A stretch of DNA of 14,059 nucleotides from Octopus sinensis (lineage: Eukaryota): the NCBI RefSeq assembly GCF_006345805.1, contig NW_021825933.1, positions 1 through 14,059 of the forward strand. Reading direction: 5' to 3'. The notes beneath the pieces are model-generated. The model saw only the letters and a program-made list of their open reading frames with translations. It had not been told where the DNA came from and searched no databases. The translations under genes and the position numbers were made by a program. Positions 1 to 8,869 of this stretch are shown one piece after another. The first letter of the stretch is position 1. The number at the start of each line of letters is the position of its first letter.

Positions 1-92
1 CCGCATTTGTTGTTCAGATCTAGGCCATGATTTGGCAACGATCTTTCTAAGTAAATCAGGTCACTGTATCGAGTGTGATATCGAGTGTGAAA

Positions 93-562
93 GGCGCAGG
101 AGTGGCTGTGTGGTAAGTAGCTTGTTTGCCAACCACATGGTTCCGGGTTCAGTCCCACTAGGAGTGGCTGTGTGGTAAGTAGCTTGTTTACCAACCACAT
201 GCTTCCGGGTTCAGTCCCACTGCGTGGCACCTTGGGCAAGTGTCTTCTACTATAGCCTCGGGCCGACCAAAGCCTTGTGAGTGGATTTGGTAGACGGAAA
301 CTGAAAGAAGCCCGTCGTATATATGTATATATATGTGTGTGTATGTTTGTGTGTCTGTGTTTGTTCCCCTAGCATTGCTTGACAACCGATGCTGGTGTGT
401 TTATGTCACCGTTACTTAGCGGTTCGGCAAAAGAGACCGATAGAATAAGTACTGTGCTTACAAAAGAATAAGTCCCGGGGTCTATTTGCTCGATTAAAGG
501 CGGTGCTCCAGCATGGCCGCAGTCAAATGACTGAAACAAGTAAAAGAGTAAAAGAGTAAGAG
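93..562 (+). mobile_element. tRNA-derived SINE, family A, full length with duplicated head and internal microsatellite
   Basis: A-box-like TGGCTGTGTGG and B-box-like GGTTCAGTCCC, each present twice (98-159, 160-221). Internal TA/TG microsatellite ~320-360. Tail (TAAAAGAG)n at 539-562. Second copy at 3043-3799 in this window. Resembles an abundant octopus SINE (recall). Confidence 0.9.
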
Positions 563-563
563 A

Positions 564-990
564 ATCAACACCACGGCGTTTGGTGTGATTACTAGTGATG
601 GCGACGTTATGCCTCCATTCAGTTTTCCACACGGCCTCAGACTCAACACGGAGGCCTACATCAAGTGCCTGGAGAAGGTAGAGCTGCCCTGGGTCAAGTG
701 GGTGACGGATGGAGGTCTCTAGCTCTGGCAACAGGACCCTGCACCATGCTACACAAGCAGGGGAACCCAGCCATGGCCGTCGGACAATTTCTGTGACTAC
801 ATTACTCCTAACATCTATCCATCTAGCTCCCCAATCTGCAAACCCCTTGATTATTGTGTGTGGCACAGTTGAGCAAGAGACTAACACAACTTCCTGTAAT
901 ACCAAAGAAATACTGAAGGTAAGGATTATGGCATTATTCACGAAATAAAACAAGGGGACCATCCAAAAAAGCTGCAGAAGATTCCGAAGG
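564..990 (+). pseudogene. Tc1/mariner superfamily DD37D (maT-like) transposase, C-terminal fragment, decayed
   Basis: Frame +3 reads FGVITSDGDVMPPF..PHGLRLNTEAYIKCLE..LPW...*LWQQD(735-737)PAPCYTS..TQPW.SDNFCDYITPNIYPSSSPICKPLD(849-851)YCVW, with exactly 37 residues between the two Asp. After a frameshift near 862, frame +1 reads GTVEQETNTTSCNTKEILKVRIMALFTK*NKGTIQKSCRRFRR. Stops at 720-722 and 946-948. No TIRs seen. Confidence 0.88.
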
Positions 991-1169
991 CCTATGTAAT
1001 TCTTATCCGGAAGGGACGCCAGTCTTTTGCAGAAATATTCACTTTTGCCAGTTGAGCGGACTGGAGCGACGTGAAATGTAAACCCCAAGGCTTCACCCGG
1101 TCAAGGAATCGAAACCACAATCATACCATCAAGAGTGTAACACCCTAAACTCTAAACTACGTCCCTCCA
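991..1169 (-). mobile_element. Degenerate, 3'-truncated tRNA-derived SINE, family C
   Basis: Minus strand begins TGGAGGGACGTAGTTTAGAGTT, has B-box GGTTTCGATTCC (1105-1116), then CATTTCACGTCGCTCCAGTCCGCTCAACTGGCAAAA, a SINE body I recall from octopus. It abuts the truncated end of the transposase. Confidence 0.6.
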
Positions 1170-1386
1170 GAAATTATAAAACTGTTTAGTAATTGCAATC
1201 ATGATGCATTAGTGGAATTGTGAAATTATATATGGCATTACAGTTTAGAAATTAGATGTGTATATACACGCTCTTCAACATACACACATATTTATATGTA
1301 CATATGCAGAGATTAAACAATGCAGATCCACATACGCGTATTAGTGAAGATACATAGATACTTACATAACATTGTGGAAATAGTAG

Positions 1387-1468
1387 TGAAAGAGCATTAA
1401 TTCTTGGCTGGAATTACGATCTTACTCAATATAAGAAATCTTTCAAAAAAATACAGAATAATAAGGAC

Positions 1469-1501
<33 letters not shown>

Positions 1502-1506
1502 TGTGT

Positions 1507-1553
<47 letters not shown>

Positions 1554-1754
1554 TGTGTGTATGTGTGTGTGGTGTGTGTCATTATTCTGTATTTTTTTTT
1601 AAAGATTTCTTATATTGAGTAAGATCGTAATTCCACCCAAAATTAATGCTCTTTCATATATATATATATATATATATGAAAGAGCATTAATTTTGGGTTG
1701 GAATTACGATCTTACTCAATATAAGAAATCTTTAAAAAAAAACAGAATAATGAC
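1387..1754. repeat. Three copies of a ~76 bp unit in +/-/+ orientation separated by microsatellites
   Basis: TGAAAGAGCATTAATT...GGAATTACGATCTTACTCAATATAAGAAATCTTT...CAGAATAAT at 1387-1462 (+), 1581-1656 (-) and 1677-1754 (+). Spacers are (TA)n/(TG)n at 1468-1579 and (TA)10 at 1657-1676. Confidence 0.95.
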
Positions 1755-1759
1755 CACCA

Positions 1760-1798
<39 letters not shown>

Positions 1799-1865
1799 AT
1801 ATTATATAATATATATACATATACACATACATATATATATACATTATATATATTCACACACACAC

Positions 1866-1947
<82 letters not shown>

Positions 1948-1966
1948 GTATATATATATATATAAT
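1755..1966. repeat. Compound (CA)n/(TA)n microsatellite
   Basis: Directly visible dinucleotide runs. Confidence 0.95.
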
Positions 1967-2444
1967 CTATTCACGTCTGATTTCTCAGAGAGAAGAAACG
2001 GATGAATAAGCTTAATACATATCTGGGTACGATCTATAGGCAACCATAAATAAATTCATTATTCAATCCACTGATAGTTGATTAGGCTGCTTATTGTTCT
2101 CAGACCAGATACTTTAATGGAAGATGGAGTAGTTAACAGTAAATTACGCTCCATCTTAACTTCATCATCGTAATTATAATTCCTTTTTATCAAATTCCAT
2201 CTAATGACGTAAATGGAGTGAATAAGAATACGGTTTTCTCTGATTAATTCCAGTGGTGGCTTCTATTGGATGATTAGAAATGCTTTCCCGGAATTCGATT
2301 CTTAAAACGTGATTTAAAATGTAAAACCTTGTAACATTTATATAAAGCAAATTTATCATCTTTATAATCCTGGTCTGCGTACGTCATGTGGTATACACCT
2401 ACATGAACTCTGCGCCCTATATCATTATGTGTACATCATGATAT

Positions 2445-2751
2445 GTGGAGGCACAATGGCCTAGTGGTTAGGACAGCGGACTCGCGGTCGCAGGATCGCG
2501 GTTTCGATTCCCAGACCGGGCGTTGTGAGTGTTTATTGAGCGAAAACACCTAAAAAGCTCAACGAGGCTCCGGCAGGGGGTGGTGATCCCTGGTGTACTC
2601 TTTCACCACTCTTTCTCCCACTCTTTCTTCTGTTGGCCTGCTCGCTTAGCCAGCGGGGTAGCGTCATTCGAAGGCTAAAACAATGCGAACGCATTGTGAC
2701 CAGCGATATGTAACAACATCTGATGGTCTGGTCGTTCACGTGGTGGTGGTC
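2445..2751 (+). mobile_element. tRNA-derived SINE, family B, full length with 12 bp target-site duplication
   Basis: A-box TGGCCTAGTGG and B-box GTTTCGATTCC. ACATCATGATAT flanks both sides (2433-2444 and 2752-2763). Homologous inverted copy at 3242-3532. Confidence 0.93.
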
Positions 2752-3042
2752 ACATCATGATATATGCATACATAGAGTACGTGCTACATTTTGCCATATG
2801 ATACATACAACCAGCCAGCCAGCCATACTTACACACACACACAGATATATGTAGAAGGTTGAAAAGTAACACACGTGTTGATATGTATACGGTAAATATG
2901 ATAAGGTAGAAAATGCTAAAAGAATTTTATCGTGAAATACATTTTGTAAAGGTTAGTACTGGTTTCAGTTTTTTCGACTCTTTTAAAACAAGAAAAACGA
3001 TTAAATTGAAGAAAAATAAATGAAATGCTTTATAATTATTTC

Positions 3043-3203
3043 CAGGAGTGGCTGTGTGGTAAGTAGCTTGTTTACCAACCACATGGTTTCGGGTTCAGTC
3101 CCACTGCGTGGCACCTTGGGCTAGTGTCTTCTACTATAGCCTCGGGCCGACCAAAGCCTTGTGTGTGGATTTGGTAGACGGAAACTGAAAATAAACCTGT
3201 CGT

Positions 3204-3248
<45 letters not shown>

Positions 3249-3529
3249 ATCACGTGACCAACCAGACCATCAGATGTCGTTAAACATCGCTGTTCACAAT
3301 GCGTTCGCATTGTTTTAGCCTTCGAATGACGCCACCCCGCTGGCTAAGCGAGCAGGCCAACAGAAGAAAGAGTGGTGAAAGAGTACAGCAGGGATCACCA
3401 CCCTGCCGGAGCCTCGTGGAGTTGTTAGGTGTTTTCGCTCAATAAACACACACAACGCCCGGTCTGGGAATCGAAACCGCGATCCTGCGACCGCGAGTCC
3501 GCTGCCTAACCACTAGGCCATTGCGCCTC

Positions 3530-3561
<32 letters not shown>

Positions 3562-3575
3562 CAAATATATATATA

Positions 3576-3620
<45 letters not shown>

Positions 3621-3799
3621 ATATATGTATATATATAATATATATTAGCATGAGTGTGTTTGTGTGCCTCTGTGTTTGTTCTCCTAGCATTGGTTGACAA
3701 CCGATGCTGGTGTGTTTATGTCCCCGTTACTTAGCGGTTCGGCAAAAGAGACCGATAGAATAAGTACTGGGCTTACAAAAGAATAAGTCCCGGGGTCGA
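3043..3799 (+). mobile_element. SINE family A, second copy, interrupted by a family B SINE and 3'-truncated
   Basis: 3043-3202 matches the head and body of 160-319. 3651-3799 matches the 3' body of the first copy up to GGGGTC; the TAAAAGAG tail is absent. Confidence 0.9.
3242..3532 (-). mobile_element. SINE family B, inverted copy nested in the microsatellite of SINE A
   Basis: Reverse complement reads GGAGGCGCAATGGCCTAGTGGTTAGG...GGTTTCGATTCCCAGACCGGG...GGTCACGTGATCACGTGA, highly similar to 2445-2751. Flanked by (TA)n at 3203-3241 and (CA)n/(TA)n from 3531. Confidence 0.93.
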
Positions 3800-4279
3800 G
3801 TTGCCTTTCATCCTGTCGAATATTTCTTCTTCCCCCAAAACTCCACCAAACAGTTTCGGAGGTCTTGTAGAGAGTCACAAGGACTGCGTTTTCTAGAGAC
3901 AAAAAGATTTAAAATGTAATATTCATGACAGCATATGCCATACAATGAGAGCACATGTCACACAAGAGCAAAGTTCCATCGTGGTGGAAGAATATAGCCT
4001 GTCAGTTATATCATAATGCCATTAATTTATCAATTACGGATGGATGACATGTAAAGTTAAGTTTGATGAGATGTGAATTGACATCAAAAGGGCCGTTAAT
4101 GTAAACGCCATGCATAGCTAAAGCCATATAGTTAATGGAAGTTAAATAAATGCTGAAATGATCAAATAAATAATTTGTCACAGATATCTTAACTTTATTC
4201 GCTTTGTGTGAGAAGTTTACAACTGTGATAATTGTGGTTCAATTTGTGGTTTTACATTTAATTCAATATAACTAAAACT

Positions 4280-4780
4280 TTGAGTGCGTATTTGTGTGTG
4301 GGTGTGTGTGAGTGTATGTGCGTATGTGCGTGCACGGGTGCGTCTAGGCCTGCATATAAATTTATATATATATATACATGTATACAAGTAGAGTTATATA
4401 TGTATATGAGGGAGGTTGTCGATGTATATACATACGCACACACATGCACACACATACTCACACGCACGCACGCACGCACACAGACATACACAGGTGTGAC
4501 CGAATGTGCGTGTGCATGTATCTTATGAGTGTGTATACGTTATGTATATACATACACACACACACACACATATACATACACATCGGTCTGTCTCTATCCC
4601 TCTCCCGCTTTCTCCGTCTCTGTCTGTGTCTGTGTATATATTATATATGTGTGTGTGTGTGTGTGCATGCATATGTATATAGTACATATATATGTATATA
4701 TATATATATATATACTATTTATATATATAAAATATATATACGTATATATATATTCATACGTATACGTATATATATAATAT
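4280..4780. repeat. Degenerate compound TG/TA/CA microsatellite
   Basis: Visible dinucleotide runs; they explain the V/C/Y/I/H/T-rich ORFs here. Confidence 0.9.
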
Positions 4781-4784
4781 GCAT

Positions 4785-5612
4785 AAAATTATTAAAAGAG
4801 AAAATGTTTCTATATTTACGATTATCTCTAATAAATAGTTCTATAACATCTAAAATCTCTTTAATAATATTCGTTTTTACTTGATCTCCATAAGGAACTA
4901 TTAACCATATTTTATTCTTAATAACCTTATTATTATTATCATTATTATAAATATATTTATAATTCTTTATTTTATTAAAATTATTATCAAAATTATATCT
5001 ATGTACAGCATTTAAAGACTCCAAATGTACTTACTAAGTCCGGTTGAGTTGATTAAGTTTTTATTTTTAAAAGAATTCATATGTTGTGCGATTCTTAGTT
5101 TTATTTTTGAGGAAGTAGAACCTATATAAACCGCTTTTGGGTAATTATTATTCTTAAAGTTATTATCATGTAATGTAACTATACATTTATACACTACATC
5201 GTTAATATCACAATTATTATTTAATATACAATTAGATTTATCTCTACATGTACAATTAATATAAGTCTTATCATTATTAATATTATTATCAAATAATTTT
5301 TTTTATAAAAATTATTCAGTTTATATTTATAAATGAAGAAATAATGTTACCAACATTATTAGTGGTAGAATAACCAACTCCAAAATTATTAAAAGAGAAA
5401 ATGTTTCTATATTACGATTATCTCTAATAAATAGTTCTATAACATCTAAAATCTCTTTAATAATATTCGTTTTTACTTGATCTCCATAAGGAACATATTA
5501 ACCATATTTTATTCTTAATAACCTTATTATTATTATCATTATTATAAATATATTTATAATTCTTTATTTTATTAAAATTATTATCAAAATTATATCTATG
5601 TACAGCATTTAA
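4785..5612. repeat. 231 bp direct repeat within the PLE fragment (4785-5015 and 5382-5612)
   Basis: Near-identical copies offset by 597 bp. They differ by a 1 nt T loss near 5412 and a 1 nt A gain near 5495 in the right copy. Both end in TTTAA. Confidence 0.95.
5012..5302 (-). pseudogene. PLE Cys4 knuckle plus GIY-YIG endonuclease (truncated)
   Basis: Open frame KKLFDNNINNDKTYINCTCRDKSNCILNNNCDINDVVYKCIVTLHDNNFKNNNYPKAVYIGSTSSKIKLRIAQHMNSFKNKNLINSTGLSKYIWSL*. Contains VVY..YIG.T....K.R...H..SF......NST.LSKYIW, typical of PLE GIY-YIG domains. The C-terminal half of the domain is missing. Confidence 0.9.
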
Positions 5613-5849
5613 GGAATTATTAATATTATTAATTTTATCAATATAATTATTAAATAATTATTAAATTTATTTTTATTTTTATTATTCTTATTATATATTA
5701 TTATTATTATATTTATTATTATTATTATTATTCTTATTTATATTTTATCATTTTTATTATTTTTTTATAATATCTATTATTCTTACCACTAAACCTAACA
5801 AAATTATAATTATTATTAGAAGTATCTCGAAAATTATCAATTAAATCTT

Positions 5850-6270
5850 TATCACTAATATTATAAAATTTAATATTCCTATTATAACCTGCCCTCTAAG
5901 GGCCTCATTATAATAATTAGCATGTTATTAAAAATCTCTATATCATAAGAGAGTAATGAAATACGTTTACTTATATTATTAATCAACGATTTTTTAATAG
6001 AAAATGGGTGATTACTATTAACATTTATATATCTAAGGTTCTCATTAAGTTTATGATATGGTGTGTTTTACCTGTAATAAGATTAAAATTAACGTCTAAA
6101 TAATTAACATTATAATTCTCCTTATATATAGTAATACTTAAACCATATCTTTTAAAGAAACTATATAGTTTTTTCTTATATACTTCTAGATTCCTATTAG
6201 TACAATTCTTTGTAACTAGTAGAAGATCGTCTCTATATAAACCACCCTCTATCTTAAGATTTTCTAATAC
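5850..6270 (-). pseudogene. PLE reverse transcriptase, C-terminal palm and thumb
   Basis: LENLKIEGGLYRDDLLLV (GLYRDD = 6243-6226) ...KKKLYSFFKRYGLSITI...VNYLDVNFNLITGKTH/PYHKLNENLRYINVNSNHPFSIKKSLINNISKRISLLSYDIEIFNN/ANYYNEALRG/AGYNRNIKF. Inferred frameshifts near 6060, 5923 and 5893. Confidence 0.9.
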
Positions 6271-6541
6271 ACGTGTGCGTATTTTGATTATGCAACTCGC
6301 CCATATGCATGTATGCGGGCGCGATTACATTGTTGCACATATCGAGCCCAACTAGCATGCATATGTACATGTGAGGGGGTACACGTACATGCCGTGCGCG
6401 TGTACCCCCTGCATTTATACCCGTGCGTGTATATACACATGGAGACTACCACACAGGTACAAATGTGTATAGTAATGGGAGCCCCATCACTACACTCAAT
6501 GTATACTCTCACCCATCCGCACGGATTGAAAGCGAATCTCC

Positions 6542-8404
6542 GGTGTATATGTTGAGGCTTATATGTAGTGCTGTGGAGTTGAACGTCGTTGAAATTGTGA
6601 ATGAATGGGTGGAGTTGGGAATTGTAACCGGTGGGGGGCTAGCGTTGCTTGGAATTGGGAATGGAATAGTGTAGTAGTAAGGCAGGCATTGAGAATAGAT
6701 TTGGGTTACTGCAAGTGTTGTTGAGCTGCTAAGATGAGCTGAAGCTCATAATTGTATATAATAATTTATTATGGTAGTTTTATTAAGAATCCATTCATAA
6801 TAAATTTTTTTTAAGTAGTGTTGGTTTGCCACGTGGATATAGTTTTTAGTTCCATTTATTCTATTTCTCCATTCATAATTTTAAATGACGTTTACTTTCC
6901 ATGCCGCGTATTCTTTTTTTACATAAGTTATATTTCTATGGTAACGTAATTTTGGTTTGGTTTTTTTTAACGGCTAAGAATTTAATTTCACTTCATAATT
7001 TGAAACTGACTTGTAAGTATGTATTTTATTTCTCCTTATGTCATATTGTTATTTTTGATATTCTGGTTAATTACGATGTATTTAATGTTGTTTTTTATTG
7101 GAGTGTTTATGTATATATAGATTGTATGTGAGTTTTTAGTTGTATAATTTATTATCTGTATGAGTGGTGGGTGTGTAAATATTGGTATATATCGAGTTTA
7201 GTGAGTATGTATATGCGTATATGTGAGGGAGTATATGTATCTGTTGTGTGTGTGTGTTTTGCGTGTCTGTGTGTTTGTGTGTGAATGTGTATATGGGTTT
7301 GTTATTTAGGTTTTGGGATGTATGTGTTAATTTGTCTGTGTGGGGAGGGAGTGGGGTTTTTTGTGTATATTGAGGTTTATAAGTTAGTATAGGTATGTGT
7401 ATAAGTCGTGGGTCTGTGGTTTACGTGTGTGTTTTTTGTGTGTGAATGTTTAGGTTAGGGGGATTGCTATATAGGTTTGTTATAGAGTTTAGCAAAGGAG
7501 ATTTTATCGTTATTATATGTTTTTAAGAGTTTTGGTTATCATGGTTTTTTTTAGGGAATTCGTGGTAATTTGTCTATTTTCGATGTTGGTTGTTTTATTA
7601 CATTGTTTCATTCATAATTTTTGAGTGGTGTTCGTTTTGCCACGTGAATATTTTTTAATTCCATTTATTCCATTTCTCCATTCATTATTTAAAAGATGTT
7701 CGTTTCCAGAGCGGTTATACTTTTATACATAGTGTTAGTTCTTTGGTAAAGTATTTTGTTTGGTGTATATGTTGAGGCTTATATGTACTTGTGGGTGTGT
7801 GTGAGTGGGGTGGGTGTTTGTATTTGTTATGGGTGTGTGGTTTACGTGTGTATTTGTGTGTGTGAATGTAGGTTAAAGGGATTGCTATATAAGTATGTTA
7901 TAATGTTTAGTAAAGGGAGGTTTTATCATTTATGTTTTGTGAGTTTTAGCTTATCATGGTAGTTTTATAAAAGAATCCATTCATAATTTTGTGTTTATTT
8001 GTCTGTGTGGGGTTGAGTGGGTTTTTGGAGTATATGTTGAGGTTTATATGTATGTATAGGTATGTGTAAGTGGTGTGGGTATTTGTATATGTCGTGGGTG
8101 TGTGGTTTACGTGTGTGTATTTGTGTGTGAATGTTTAGGTTAGGGGGATTGCTATATAGGAACGTTATAGAATTTAGTAAAGGGAGATTTTATCATTATA
8201 TGTTTTTATGAGTTTTGGTTTATCATGGTAGGTTTGTTAAGGAATTCGTAGTAATTTGTGTCTATTTGCGATGTCTGTTGTTTTATTGCATTGTTCATTC
8301 ATAATTTTTAAGTAGTGTTCGTTTACCAAGTGAATATAATTTTTAATTCCATTTATTCCATTTCTCCGTTCATAATTTTAAGTGATGTCCGTTTTCTAGA
8401 GCGT
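6542..8404. repeat. Diverged G/T-rich tandem array of ~230-400 bp units
   Basis: Long units at ~7329-7712 and ~7996-8402, and partial units at ~7761-7990 and ~6542-6910. Shared motifs include GTATATGTTGAGG(C/T)TTATATGTA, GGATTGCTATATA, ATGGTAGTTTTAT..AAGAATCCATTCATAAT and TTCCATTTATTC.ATTTCTCC.TTCAT. Confidence 0.85.
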
Positions 8405-8584
8405 GAATGTGGGTTGTGTGTGTGTGTGTGTGGTGTATGAATAATTATTGTGTTGAAGTATTTAGCTATTTTATTATTTATAGTTGCCTAGACGTTTTAT
8501 GTGTATGCATAGGGATATATATATAGGGGTGTGATTTAGTGTATGTAGTTAGATATGGTTATATATAATTAGGTATATGTGTAT

Positions 8585-8805
8585 GGGTGTATATATAGTT
8601 TATTATTATTATATTATTATTATTTTTTTGTTTTGTTTTATATTTTATATTTTATATTTTATATTTTATATTTTATATTTAGTTTATATATTGTTTATAT
8701 ATTGTTTATATATTGTTTATATATTTTATATTTAGTTTATATATTGTTTATATATTGATTATATATGGATTATATATAGGTTATATATGGATTATATATT
8801 TATAT
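8585..8805. repeat. AT-rich short-period tandem repeats (TTTTATA, TTGTTTATATA, GGATTATATAT)
   Basis: 7 and 11 bp periods visible directly. Confidence 0.85.
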
Positions 8806-8869
8806 TTTTTCATTCATACTTTAATTATTTTAAAATTATTATTTTTATATTTTAAAATATTGATATTTT

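Larger units (their letters stand above)
4785..6270 (-). mobile_element. Penelope-like retroelement (Neptune-type), 5'- and 3'-truncated fragment
   Basis: Manual minus-strand translation gives, in order: RT catalytic motif, thumb, N/K-rich linker, IW..PY..VKTNI motif, C-x-C-x4-C-x5-C knuckle, GIY-YIG. This is the RT-then-GIY-YIG order of PLEs. A Cys-rich linker between RT and endonuclease is characteristic of the Neptune clade (established). Confidence 0.9.

Noticed and set aside
369-1088. 239 aa minus-strand ORF
   Set aside because: It is antisense across three unrelated mobile elements (SINE C, transposase, SINE A) with no recognisable motifs; a chance open frame.
1968-2005. Hairpin TATTCACGT-CTGAT-TTCTC/GAGAA-GAAACGGATGAATA resembling a hammerhead
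   Set aside because: The core lacks G8/A9 and there is no stem I; not supportable.
2121-2157. Hairpin AAGATGGAG...CTCCATCTT
   Set aside because: Too short for a pre-miRNA and there is no other support.
93-3532. tRNA genes suggested by A/B boxes
   Set aside because: The boxes belong to SINE heads followed by non-tRNA bodies; no complete cloverleaf is supported.
6288-6555. SDGAPIT (minus) and VMGAPS (plus) as upstream RT motifs
   Set aside because: Spacing to YRDD is about 80 codons, far longer than expected, and the surrounding residues do not fit; likely chance.
7449-8146. TTAGGTTAGGGG telomere-like motifs in the array
   Set aside because: Only two units per site, expected in G/T-rich sequence.
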